Positions 50,301 through 64,000 of a DNA stretch of 64,000 nt are shown here, piece by piece. The first letter of the stretch is position 1. Each line of letters opens with the position of its first letter. The DNA is from Lytechinus pictus (taxonomy: Eukaryota), in the NCBI RefSeq assembly GCF_037042905.1, contig NC_087246.1:2172001-2236000 (forward strand), in the 5' to 3' direction. The translations under genes and the position numbers were made by a program. The notes under the pieces were generated by a model. It made no database searches. It saw only the letters and a program-made list of their open reading frames with translations, and was not told the DNA's origin.

Positions 50301-53300
50301 AATTTTCAGTTTAGGCGCAATTTTGATGACGTCATGATCAAATTGAGGGATAATGGTGACATGAAATCAAATCTACAACTCATACTCTATCGATATATGA
50401 AAAAAAATTGGGGGTCAATGGACTATTTAAAGAGCTACAGTGAATTTTTAATAGGCATGTTTTTGCCCATATATGGCCTATAGTAAGAGCTCTCGCGCAC
50501 ACGTGCTGCAAACTTTAACGGGTGTTAATTTCGTTATTAATGGTCGTAGAAGGTTGATCAAGGTATCAAATTGCTCAGAATTATATTATCAATGCAATGA
50601 TATAAAAAACGGCGTTTCTGCGTTGCGTTGAAGGCGTTACGCGCGGAAACGCGCGCGCATACCTGTGCGTGCGCAAATTTTTGAAATGCTTAAAATGACC
50701 TGAAACGTACTTTACTTTGGTCAAAAAGTGATTTTGAGCATTTTAAAAATTTGACGAGCGCGTACGCGCGCGTCGTGACCTCCAGGTGACCTTTGATGAC
50801 ATGACCTGTTGACCCTTGACCTGAAGTTGATGTGATGTTAATTTGATTGATTTTTGATAATTGATAATGGAGATATGATCGGCAATGTGATTTTACAAAA
50901 TGGCGCCTGGATGACGTCATCATGACCTGATGACCTTGAAAAAGTAGATTTTTCTTGAAATCATAGGGCTTGATGACTGACAGAAATTTGAAGGAAATTG
51001 ACCATGTCGATTTCGAGTGAACGTGTGTACAAAAAAGTGTACGGAAGAAATAAAAATTCTGGCGAAATTAATAGGTGATCTGTCGTTGACAGACCACCTA
51101 ATAAAGAAGAAAGAATTGAGCTAGAGTATTTCCCATAGACTTTACACGTAAGGAAAATACGAGAATATCCAATCCAATTTTGCAAGTGAAATACGGGCAT
51201 GATCCCGGCATCTGATCGAAAAGGTAGGTTGACATTTTCGAAAGCTTAGAATCTCAGCTACAATATACTAAAAGCTCAGGAAAAACTGACAAGAAGAAAT
51301 GGAGATATGGCTCACGAAATAGAGGAATGTCGAATCTAGTTTTGAGAAAAAACCATGTCCCATAGAGATTGCACGCAAAATGAGGAAAAATGACATGTCT
51401 TTATTATTTGCAATTTTTTAGGATGATCCGTTTATTAAAATGAAAATTAAAGGCAATAATTCAGAAAGAGTAAGACTTAGGCTACAACATATCGAAAAAT
51501 AAGAGAAAAATGATCAATATTCACGGAGTTATGATCAAATTTGCATATATTTGATGACGTCATTTTTGAAAAAATGAAATTTTCAGTTTAGGCGCAATTT
51601 TGATGACGTCATGATCAAATTGAGGGATAATGGTGACATGAAATCAAATCTACAACTCATACTCTATCGATATATGAAAAAAAATTGGGGGTCAATGGAC
51701 TATTTAAAGAGCTACAGTGAATTTTTAATAGGCATGTTTTTGCCCATATATGGCCTATAGTAAGAGCTCCCGCGCACACGTGCTGCAAACTTTAACGGGT
51801 GTTAATTTCGTTATTAATGGTCGTAGAAGGTTGATCAAGGTATCAAATTGCTCAGAATTATATTATCAATGCAATGATATAAAAAACGGCGTTTCTGCGT
51901 TGCGTTGAAGGCGTTACGCGCGGAAACGCGCGCGCATACCTGTGCGTGCGCAAATTTTTGAAATGCTTAAAATGACCTGAAACGTACTTTACTTTGGTCA
52001 AAAAGTGATTTTGAGCATTTTAAAAATTTGACGAGCGCGTACGCGCGCGTCGTGACCTCCAGGTGACCTTTGATGACATGACCTGTTGACCCTTGACCTG
52101 AAGTTGATGTGATGTTAATTTGATTGATTTTTGATAATTGATAATGGAGATATGATCGGCAATGTGATTTTACAAAATGGCGCCTGGATGACGTCATCAT
52201 GACCTGATGACCTTGAAAAAGTAGATTTTTCTTGAAATCATAGGGCTTGATGACTGACAGAAATTTGAAGGAAATTGACCATGTCGATTTCGAGTGAACG
52301 TGTGTACAAAAAAGTGTACGGAAGAAATAAAAATTCTGGCGAAATTAATAGGTGATCTGTCGTTGACAGACCACCTAATAAAGAAGAAAGAATTGAGCTA
52401 GAGTATTTCCCATAGACTTTACACGTAAGGAAAATACGAGAATATCCAATCCAATTTTGCAAGTGAAATACGGGCATGATCCCGGCATCTGATCGAAAAG
52501 GTAGGTTGACATTTTCGAAAGCTTAGAATCTCAGCTACAATATACTAAAAGCTCAGGAAAAACTGACAAGAAGAAATGGAGATATGGCTCACGAAATAGA
52601 GGAATGTCGAATCTAGTTTTGAGAAAAAACCATGTCCCATAGAGATTGCACGCAAAATGAGGAAAAATGACATGTCTTTATTATTTGCAATTTTTTAGGA
52701 TGATCCGTTTATTAAAATGAAAATTAAAGGCAATAATTCAGAAAGAGTAAGACTTAGGCTACAACATATCGAAAAATAAGAGAAAAATGATCAATATTCA
52801 CGGAGTTATGATCAAATTTGCATATATTTGATGACGTCATTTTTGAAAAAATGAAATTTTCAGTTTAGGCGCAATTTTGATGACGTCATGATCAAATTGA
52901 GGGATAATGGTGACATGAAATCAAATCTACAACTCATACTCTATCGATATATGAAAAAAAATTGGGGGTCAATGGACTATTTAAAGAGCTACAGTGAATT
53001 TTTAATAGGCATGTTTTTGCCCATATATGGCCTATAGTAAGAGCTCTCGCGCACACGTGCTGCAAACTTTAACGGGTGTTAATTTCGTTATTAATGGTCG
53101 TAGAAGGTTGATCAAGGTATCAAATTGCTCAGAATTATATTATCAATGCAATGATATAAAAAACGGCGTTTCTGCGTTGCGTTGAAGGCGTTACGCGCGG
53201 AAACGCGCGCGCATACCTGTGCGTGCGCAAATTTTTGAAATGCTTAAAATGACCTGAAACGTACTTTACTTTGGTCAAAAAGTGATTTTGAGCATTTTAA

Positions 53301-56300
53301 AAATTTGACGAGCGCGTACGCGCGCGTCGTGACCTCCAGGTGACCTTTGATGACATGACCTGTTGACCCTTGACCTGAAGTTGATGTGATGTTAATTTGA
53401 TTGATTTTTGATAATTGATAATGGAGATATGATCGGCAATGTGATTTTACAAAATGGCGCCTGGATGACGTCATCATGACCTGATGACCTTGAAAAAGTA
53501 GATTTTTCTTGAAATCATAGGGCTTGATGACTGACAGAAATTTGAAGGAAATTGACCATGTCGATTTCGAGTGAACGTGTGTACAAAAAAGTGTACGGAA
53601 GAAATAAAAATTCTGGCGAAATTAATAGGTGATCTGTCGTTGACAGACCACCTAATAAAGAAGAAAGAATTGAGCTAGAGTATTTCCCATAGACTTTACA
53701 CGTAAGGAAAATACGAGAATATCCAATCCAATTTTGCAAGTGAAATACGGGCATGATCCCGGCATCTGATCGAAAAGGTAGGTTGACATTTTCGAAAGCT
53801 TAGAATCTCAGCTACAATATACTAAAAGCTCAGGAAAAACTGACAAGAAGAAATGGAGATATGGCTCACGAAATAGAGGAATGTCGAATCTAGTTTTGAG
53901 AAAAAACCATGTCCCATAGAGATTGCACGCAAAATGAGGAAAAATGACATGTCTTTATTATTTGCAATTTTTTAGGATGATCCGTTTATTAAAATGAAAA
54001 TTAAAGGCAATAATTCAGAAAGAGTAAGACTTAGGCTACAACATATCGAAAAATAAGAGAAAAATGATCAATATTCACGGAGTTATGATCAAATTTGCAT
54101 ATATTTGATGACGTCATTTTTGAAAAAATGAAATTTTCAGTTTAGGCGCAATTTTGATGACGTCATGATCAAATTGAGGGATAATGGTGACATGAAATCA
54201 AATCTACAACTCATACTCTATCGATATATGAAAAAAAATTGGGGGTCAATGGACTATTTAAAGAGCTACAGTGAATTTTTAATAGGCATGTTTTTGCCCA
54301 TATATGGCCTATAGTAAGAGCTCTCGCGCACACGTGCTGCAAACTTTAACGGGTGTTAATTTCGTTATTAATGGTCGTAGAAGGTTGATCAAGGTATCAA
54401 ATTGCTCAGAATTATATTATCAATGCAATGATATAAAAAACGGCGTTTCTGCGTTGCGTTGAAGGCGTTACGCGCGGAAACGCGCGCGCATACCTGTGCG
54501 TGCGCAAATTTTTGAAATGCTTAAAATGACCTGAAACGTACTTTACTTTGGTCAAAAAGTGATTTTGAGCATTTTAAAAATTTGACGAGCGCGTACGCGC
54601 GCGTCGTGACCTCCAGGTGACCTTTGATGACATGACCTGTTGACCCTTGACCTGAAGTTGATGTGATGTTAATTTGATTGATTTTTGATAATTGATAATG
54701 GAGATATGATCGGCAATGTGATTTTACAAAATGGCGCCTGGATGACGTCATCATGACCTGATGACCTTGAAAAAGTAGATTTTTCTTGAAATCATAGGGC
54801 TTGATGACTGACAGAAATTTGAAGGAAATTGACCATGTCGATTTCGAGTGAACGTGTGTACAAAAAAGTGTACGGAAGAAATAAAAATTCTGGCGAAATT
54901 AATAGGTGATCTGTCGTTGACAGACCACCTAATAAAGAAGAAAGAATTGAGCTAGAGTATTTCCCATAGACTTTACACGTAAGGAAAATACGAGAATATC
55001 CAATCCAATTTTGCAAGTGAAATACGGGCATGATCCCGGCATCTGATCGAAAAGGTAGGTTGACATTTTCGAAAGCTTAGAATCTCAGCTACAATATACT
55101 AAAAGCTCAGGAAAAACTGACAAGAAGAAATGGAGATATGGCTCACGAAATAGAGGAATGTCGAATCTAGTTTTGAGAAAAAACCATGTCCCATAGAGAT
55201 TGCACGCAAAATGAGGAAAAATGACATGTCTTTATTATTTGCAATTTTTTAGGATGATCCGTTTATTAAAATGAAAATTAAAGGCAATAATTCAGAAAGA
55301 GTAAGACTTAGGCTACAACATATCGAAAAATAAGAGAAAAATGATCAATATTCACGGAGTTATGATCAAATTTGCATATATTTGATGACGTCATTTTTGA
55401 AAAAATGAAATTTTCAGTTTAGGCGCAATTTTGATGACGTCATGATCAAATTGAGGGATAATGGTGACATGAAATCAAATCTACAACTCATACTCTATCG
55501 ATATATGAAAAAAAATTGGGGGTCAATGGACTATTTAAAGAGCTACAGTGAATTTTTAATAGGCATGTTTTTGCCCATATATGGCCTATAGTAAGAGCTC
55601 TCGCGCACACGTGCTGCAAACTTTAACGGGTGTTAATTTCGTTATTAATGGTCGTAGAAGGTTGATCAAGGTATCAAATTGCTCAGAATTATATTATCAA
55701 TGCAATGATATAAAAAACGGCGTTTCTGCGTTGCGTTGAAGGCGTTACGCGCGGAAACGCGCGCGCATACCTGTGCGTGCGCAAATTTTTGAAATGCTTA
55801 AAATGACCTGAAACGTACTTTACTTTGGTCAAAAAGTGATTTTGAGCATTTTAAAAATTTGACGAGCGCGTACGCGCGCGTCGTGACCTCCAGGTGACCT
55901 TTGATGACATGACCTGTTGACCCTTGACCTGAAGTTGATGTGATGTTAATTTGATTGATTTTTGATAATTGATAATGGAGATATGATCGGCAATGTGATT
56001 TTACAAAATGGCGCCTGGATGACGTCATCATGACCTGATGACCTTGAAAAAGTAGATTTTTCTTGAAATCATAGGGCTTGATGACTGACAGAAATTTGAA
56101 GGAAATTGACCATGTCGATTTCGAGTGAACGTGTGTACAAAAAAGTGTACGGAAGAAATAAAAATTCTGGCGAAATTAATAGGTGATCTGTCGTTGACAG
56201 ACCACCTAATAAAGAAGAAAGAATTGAGCTAGAGTATTTCCCATAGACTTTACACGTAAGGAAAATACGAGAATATCCAATCCAATTTTGCAAGTGAAAT

Positions 56301-59300
56301 ACGGGCATGATCCCGGCATCTGATCGAAAAGGTAGGTTGACATTTTCGAAAGCTTAGAATCTCAGCTACAATATACTAAAAGCTCAGGAAAAACTGACAA
56401 GAAGAAATGGAGATATGGCTCACGAAATAGAGGAATGTCGAATCTAGTTTTGAGAAAAAACCATGTCCCATAGAGATTGCACGCAAAATGAGGAAAAATG
56501 ACATGTCTTTATTATTTGCAATTTTTTAGGATGATCCGTTTATTAAAATGAAAATTAAAGGCAATAATTCAGAAAGAGTAAGACTTAGGCTACAACATAT
56601 CGAAAAATAAGAGAAAAATGATCAATATTCACGGAGTTATGATCAAATTTGCATATATTTGATGACGTCATTTTTGAAAAAATGAAATTTTCAGTTTAGG
56701 CGCAATTTTGATGACGTCATGATCAAATTGAGGGATAATGGTGACATGAAATCAAATCTACAACTCATACTCTATCGATATATGAAAAAAAATTGGGGGT
56801 CAATGGACTATTTAAAGAGCTACAGTGAATTTTTAATAGGCATGTTTTTGCCCATATATGGCCTATAGTAAGAGCTCTCGCGCACACGTGCTGCAAACTT
56901 TAACGGGTGTTAATTTCGTTATTAATGGTCGTAGAAGGTTGATCAAGGTATCAAATTGCTCAGAATTATATTATCAATGCAATGATATAAAAAACGGCGT
57001 TTCTGCGTTGCGTTGAAGGCGTTACGCGCGGAAACGCGCGCGCATACCTGTGCGTGCGCAAATTTTTGAAATGCTTAAAATGACCTGAAACGTACTTTAC
57101 TTTGGTCAAAAAGTGATTTTGAGCATTTTAAAAATTTGACGAGCGCGTACGCGCGCGTCGTGACCTCCAGGTGACCTTTGATGACATGACCTGTTGACCC
57201 TTGACCTGAAGTTGATGTGATGTTAATTTGATTGATTTTTGATAATTGATAATGGAGATATGATCGGCAATGTGATTTTACAAAATGGCGCCTGGATGAC
57301 GTCATCATGACCTGATGACCTTGAAAAAGTAGATTTTTCTTGAAATCATAGGGCTTGATGACTGACAGAAATTTGAAGGAAATTGACCATGTCGATTTCG
57401 AGTGAACGTGTGTACAAAAAAGTGTACGGAAGAAATAAAAATTCTGGCGAAATTAATAGGTGATCTGTCGTTGACAGACCACCTAATAAAGAAGAAAGAA
57501 TTGAGCTAGAGTATTTCCCATAGACTTTACACGTAAGGAAAATACGAGAATATCCAATCCAATTTTGCAAGTGAAATACGGGCATGATCCCGGCATCTGA
57601 TCGAAAAGGTAGGTTGACATTTTCGAAAGCTTAGAATCTCAGCTACAATATACTAAAAGCTCAGGAAAAACTGACAAGAAGAAATGGAGATATGGCTCAC
57701 GAAATAGAGGAATGTCGAATCTAGTTTTGAGAAAAAACCATGTCCCATAGAGATTGCACGCAAAATGAGGAAAAATGACATGTCTTTATTATTTGCAATT
57801 TTTTAGGATGATCCGTTTATTAAAATGAAAATTAAAGGCAATAATTCAGAAAGAGTAAGACTTAGGCTACAACATATCGAAAAATAAGAGAAAAATGATC
57901 AATATTCACGGAGTTATGATCAAATTTGCATATATTTGATGACGTCATTTTTGAAAAAATGAAATTTTCAGTTTAGGCGCAATTTTGATGACGTCATGAT
58001 CAAATTGAGGGATAATGGTGACATGAAATCAAATCTACAACTCATACTCTATCGATATATGAAAAAAAATTGGGGGTCAATGGACTATTTAAAGAGCTAC
58101 AGTGAATTTTTAATAGGCATGTTTTTGCCCATATATGGCCTATAGTAAGAGCTCTCGCGCACACGTGCTGCAAACTTTAACGGGTGTTAATTTCGTTATT
58201 AATGGTCGTAGAAGGTTGATCAAGGTATCAAATTGCTCAGAATTATATTATCAATGCAATGATATAAAAAACGGCGTTTCTGCGTTGCGTTGAAGGCGTT
58301 ACGCGCGGAAACGCGCGCGCATACCTGTGCGTGCGCAAATTTTTGAAATGCTTAAAATGACCTGAAACGTACTTTACTTTGGTCAAAAAGTGATTTTGAG
58401 CATTTTAAAAATTTGACGAGCGCGTACGCGCGCGTCGTGACCTCCAGGTGACCTTTGATGACATGACCTGTTGACCCTTGACCTGAAGTTGATGTGATGT
58501 TAATTTGATTGATTTTTGATAATTGATAATGGAGATATGATCGGCAATGTGATTTTACAAAATGGCGCCTGGATGACGTCATCATGACCTGATGACCTTG
58601 AAAAAGTAGATTTTTCTTGAAATCATAGGGCTTGATGACTGACAGAAATTTGAAGGAAATTGACCATGTCGATTTCGAGTGAACGTGTGTACAAAAAAGT
58701 GTACGGAAGAAATAAAAATTCTGGCGAAATTAATAGGTGATCTGTCGTTGACAGACCACCTAATAAAGAAGAAAGAATTGAGCTAGAGTATTTCCCATAG
58801 ACTTTACACGTAAGGAAAATACGAGAATATCCAATCCAATTTTGCAAGTGAAATACGGGCATGATCCCGGCATCTGATCGAAAAGGTAGGTTGACATTTT
58901 CGAAAGCTTAGAATCTCAGCTACAATATACTAAAAGCTCAGGAAAAACTGACAAGAAGAAATGGAGATATGGCTCACGAAATAGAGGAATGTCGAATCTA
59001 GTTTTGAGAAAAAACCATGTCCCATAGAGATTGCACGCAAAATGAGGAAAAATGACATGTCTTTATTATTTGCAATTTTTTAGGATGATCCGTTTATTAA
59101 AATGAAAATTAAAGGCAATAATTCAGAAAGAGTAAGACTTAGGCTACAACATATCGAAAAATAAGAGAAAAATGATCAATATTCACGGAGTTATGATCAA
59201 ATTTGCATATATTTGATGACGTCATTTTTGAAAAAATGAAATTTTCAGTTTAGGCGCAATTTTGATGACGTCATGATCAAATTGAGGGATAATGGTGACA

Positions 59301-62300
59301 TGAAATCAAATCTACAACTCATACTCTATCGATATATGAAAAAAAATTGGGGGTCAATGGACTATTTAAAGAGCTACAGTGAATTTTTAATAGGCATGTT
59401 TTTGCCCATATATGGCCTATAGTAAGAGCTCTCGCGCACACGTGCTGCAAACTTTAACGGGTGTTAATTTCGTTATTAATGGTCGTAGAAGGTTGATCAA
59501 GGTATCAAATTGCTCAGAATTATATTATCAATGCAATGATATAAAAAACGGCGTTTCTGCGTTGCGTTGAAGGCGTTACGCGCGGAAACGCGCGCGCATA
59601 CCTGTGCGTGCGCAAATTTTTGAAATGCTTAAAATGACCTGAAACGTACTTTACTTTGGTCAAAAAGTGATTTTGAGCATTTTAAAAATTTGACGAGCGC
59701 GTACGCGCGCGTCGTGACCTCCAGGTGACCTTTGATGACATGACCTGTTGACCCTTGACCTGAAGTTGATGTGATGTTAATTTGATTGATTTTTGATAAT
59801 TGATAATGGAGATATGATCGGCAATGTGATTTTACAAAATGGCGCCTGGATGACGTCATCATGACCTGATGACCTTGAAAAAGTAGATTTTTCTTGAAAT
59901 CATAGGGCTTGATGACTGACAGAAATTTGAAGGAAATTGACCATGTCGATTTCGAGTGAACGTGTGTACAAAAAAGTGTACGGAAGAAATAAAAATTCTG
60001 GCGAAATTAATAGGTGATCTGTCGTTGACAGACCACCTAATAAAGAAGAAAGAATTGAGCTAGAGTATTTCCCATAGACTTTACACGTAAGGAAAATACG
60101 AGAATATCCAATCCAATTTTGCAAGTGAAATACGGGCATGATCCCGGCATCTGATCGAAAAGGTAGGTTGACATTTTCGAAAGCTTAGAATCTCAGCTAC
60201 AATATACTAAAAGCTCAGGAAAAACTGACAAGAAGAAATGGAGATATGGCTCACGAAATAGAGGAATGTCGAATCTAGTTTTGAGAAAAAACCATGTCCC
60301 ATAGAGATTGCACGCAAAATGAGGAAAAATGACATGTCTTTATTATTTGCAATTTTTTAGGATGATCCGTTTATTAAAATGAAAATTAAAGGCAATAATT
60401 CAGAAAGAGTAAGACTTAGGCTACAACATATCGAAAAATAAGAGAAAAATGATCAATATTCACGGAGTTATGATCAAATTTGCATATATTTGATGACGTC
60501 ATTTTTGAAAAAATGAAATTTTCAGTTTAGGCGCAATTTTGATGACGTCATGATCAAATTGAGGGATAATGGTGACATGAAATCAAATCTACAACTCATA
60601 CTCTATCGATATATGAAAAAAAATTGGGGGTCAATGGACTATTTAAAGAGCTACAGTGAATTTTTAATAGGCATGTTTTTGCCCATATATGGCCTATAGT
60701 AAGAGCTCTCGCGCACACGTGCTGCAAACTTTAACGGGTGTTAATTTCGTTATTAATGGTCGTAGAAGGTTGATCAAGGTATCAAATTGCTCAGAATTAT
60801 ATTATCAATGCAATGATATAAAAAACGGCGTTTCTGCGTTGCGTTGAAGGCGTTACGCGCGGAAACGCGCGCGCATACCTGTGCGTGCGCAAATTTTTGA
60901 AATGCTTAAAATGACCTGAAACGTACTTTACTTTGGTCAAAAAGTGATTTTGAGCATTTTAAAAATTTGACGAGCGCGTACGCGCGCGTCGTGACCTCCA
61001 GGTGACCTTTGATGACATGACCTGTTGACCCTTGACCTGAAGTTGATGTGATGTTAATTTGATTGATTTTTGATAATTGATAATGGAGATATGATCGGCA
61101 ATGTGATTTTACAAAATGGCGCCTGGATGACGTCATCATGACCTGATGACCTTGAAAAAGTAGATTTTTCTTGAAATCATAGGGCTTGATGACTGACAGA
61201 AATTTGAAGGAAATTGACCATGTCGATTTCGAGTGAACGTGTGTACAAAAAAGTGTACGGAAGAAATAAAAATTCTGGCGAAATTAATAGGTGATCTGTC
61301 GTTGACAGACCACCTAATAAAGAAGAAAGAATTGAGCTAGAGTATTTCCCATAGACTTTACACGTAAGGAAAATACGAGAATATCCAATCCAATTTTGCA
61401 AGTGAAATACGGGCATGATCCCGGCATCTGATCGAAAAGGTAGGTTGACATTTTCGAAAGCTTAGAATCTCAGCTACAATATACTAAAAGCTCAGGAAAA
61501 ACTGACAAGAAGAAATGGAGATATGGCTCACGAAATAGAGGAATGTCGAATCTAGTTTTGAGAAAAAACCATGTCCCATAGAGATTGCACGCAAAATGAG
61601 GAAAAATGACATGTCTTTATTATTTGCAATTTTTTAGGATGATCCGTTTATTAAAATGAAAATTAAAGGCAATAATTCAGAAAGAGTAAGACTTAGGCTA
61701 CAACATATCGAAAAATAAGAGAAAAATGATCAATATTCACGGAGTTATGATCAAATTTGCATATATTTGATGACGTCATTTTTGAAAAAATGAAATTTTC
61801 AGTTTAGGCGCAATTTTGATGACGTCATGATCAAATTGAGGGATAATGGTGACATGAAATCAAATCTACAACTCATACTCTATCGATATATGAAAAAAAA
61901 TTGGGGGTCAATGGACTATTTAAAGAGCTACAGTGAATTTTTAATAGGCATGTTTTTGCCCATATATGGCCTATAGTAAGAGCTCTCGCGCACACGTGCT
62001 GCAAACTTTAACGGGTGTTAATTTCGTTATTAATGGTCGTAGAAGGTTGATCAAGGTATCAAATTGCTCAGAATTATATTATCAATGCAATGATATAAAA
62101 AACGGCGTTTCTGCGTTGCGTTGAAGGCGTTACGCGCGGAAACGCGCGCGCATACCTGTGCGTGCGCAAATTTTTGAAATGCTTAAAATGACCTGAAACG
62201 TACTTTACTTTGGTCAAAAAGTGATTTTGAGCATTTTAAAAATTTGACGAGCGCGTACGCGCGCGTCGTGACCTCCAGGTGACCTTTGATGACATGACCT

Positions 62301-64000
62301 GTTGACCCTTGACCTGAAGTTGATGTGATGTTAATTTGATTGATTTTTGATAATTGATAATGGAGATATGATCGGCAATGTGATTTTACAAAATGGCGCC
62401 TGGATGACGTCATCATGACCTGATGACCTTGAAAAAGTAGATTTTTCTTGAAATCATAGGGCTTGATGACTGACAGAAATTTGAAGGAAATTGACCATGT
62501 CGATTTCGAGTGAACGTGTGTACAAAAAAGTGTACGGAAGAAATAAAAATTCTGGCGAAATTAATAGGTGATCTGTCGTTGACAGACCACCTAATAAAGA
62601 AGAAAGAATTGAGCTAGAGTATTTCCCATAGACTTTACACGTAAGGAAAATACGAGAATATCCAATCCAATTTTGCAAGTGAAATACGGGCATGATCCCG
62701 GCATCTGATCGAAAAGGTAGGTTGACATTTTCGAAAGCTTAGAATCTCAGCTACAATATACTAAAAGCTCAGGAAAAACTGACAAGAAGAAATGGAGATA
62801 TGGCTCACGAAATAGAGGAATGTCGAATCTAGTTTTGAGAAAAAACCATGTCCCATAGAGATTGCACGCAAAATGAGGAAAAATGACATGTCTTTATTAT
62901 TTGCAATTTTTTAGGATGATCCGTTTATTAAAATGAAAATTAAAGGCAATAATTCAGAAAGAGTAAGACTTAGGCTACAACATATCGAAAAATAAGAGAA
63001 AAATGATCAATATTCACGGAGTTATGATCAAATTTGCATATATTTGATGACGTCATTTTTGAAAAAATGAAATTTTCAGTTTAGGCGCAATTTTGATGAC
63101 GTCATGATCAAATTGAGGGATAATGGTGACATGAAATCAAATCTACAACTCATACTCTATCGATATATGAAAAAAAATTGGGGGTCAATGGACTATTTAA
63201 AGAGCTACAGTGAATTTTTAATAGGCATGTTTTTGCCCATATATGGCCTATAGTAAGAGCTCTCGCGCACACGTGCTGCAAACTTTAACGGGTGTTAATT
63301 TCGTTATTAATGGTCGTAGAAGGTTGATCAAGGTATCAAATTGCTCAGAATTATATTATCAATGCAATGATATAAAAAACGGCGTTTCTGCGTTGCGTTG
63401 AAGGCGTTACGCGCGGAAACGCGCGCGCATACCTGTGCGTGCGCAAATTTTTGAAATGCTTAAAATGACCTGAAACGTACTTTACTTTGGTCAAAAAGTG
63501 ATTTTGAGCATTTTAAAAATTTGACGAGCGCGTACGCGCGCGTCGTGACCTCCAGGTGACCTTTGATGACATGACCTGTTGACCCTTGACCTGAAGTTGA
63601 TGTGATGTTAATTTGATTGATTTTTGATAATTGATAATGGAGATATGATCGGCAATGTGATTTTACAAAATGGCGCCTGGATGACGTCATCATGACCTGA
63701 TGACCTTGAAAAAGTAGATTTTTCTTGAAATCATAGGGCTTGATGACTGACAGAAATTTGAAGGAAATTGACCATGTCGATTTCGAGTGAACGTGTGTAC
63801 AAAAAAGTGTACGGAAGAAATAAAAATTCTGGCGAAATTAATAGGTGATCTGTCGTTGACAGACCACCTAATAAAGAAGAAAGAATTGAGCTAGAGTATT
63901 TCCCATAGACTTTACACGTAAGGAAAATACGAGAATATCCAATCCAATTTTGCAAGTGAAATACGGGCATGATCCCGGCATCTGATCGAAAAGGTAGGTT
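28694..64000 (-). repeat. Array B: ~27.6 near-identical 1,277-bp tandem units (Helentron 5' end + body); runs off the window
   Basis: Identical ORFs recur every 1277 bp (28981 to 63460, 28 copies). The 5'-end hairpin recurs at 29363+1277k up to 63842. The body is homologous to array A units but lacks the 3' end and the tRNA cassette. Confidence 0.97.
29363..29393 (-). mobile_element. Helentron-type 5' terminus (subTIR plus adjacent inverted repeat); 28 copies
   Basis: TAGGTGATCTGTC-GTT-GACAGACCACCTA forms a 13-bp stem with one mismatch; one arm is the subTIR matching the 3' end. Confidence 0.8.

Noticed and set aside
19004..63970. Dozens of identical 63-115 aa ORFs (MMTSSRRHF..., MPVFHLQNW..., MAYSKSSRA..., MKIILICL...) as a tandem gene cluster
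   Set aside because: They have no recognisable domain, overlap on both strands, cross the terminal hairpins and are broken by indels between arrays A and B. They recur only because the DNA is repeated.
28694..64000. Tandem array of 5S rRNA, snRNA, SL RNA or histone genes
   Set aside because: The unit size fits such arrays, but I found no 5S, U1/U2/U6 or histone sequence. An Infernal/Rfam scan of one monomer would settle it.
17254..64000. Autonomous Helitron/Helentron or LTR-type tandem
   Set aside because: No Rep/helicase, gag or pol coding sequence, no TG...CA LTR ends and no TSDs.

Overview
Eukaryotic, AT-rich, repeat-dominated DNA. The SINE and MITE types look like those of a marine invertebrate, probably a sea urchin (inference). 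No intact protein-coding gene can be supported. Bases 1-17 kb are a nested patchwork of decayed transposons: an Academ-like foldback element with an RTE LINE fragment in its centre; a CR1-group LINE split by a Ginger1-type element with a CCGT target duplication; hAT-, Kolobok-, Harbinger- and CCC/GGG-type MITEs; and a tRNA-derived SINE split at its A box by a second foldback element. From 17,254 to the end of the window the sequence is one polarised macrosatellite built from a non-autonomous Helentron (HINE/DINE-1-like) element on the minus strand. It has three parts: (i) six ~1.6-kb units, each carrying only the element's 3' end (subTIR + hairpin + CTAG-TT) and a tRNA-derived Pol III cassette; (ii) one complete ~2.2-kb element with both ends (27,193-29,395); (iii) about 27.6 almost identical 1,277-bp units, each carrying only the 5' end (palindromic subTIR/IR). 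The repeated short ORFs in the ORF track are a by-product of this array.
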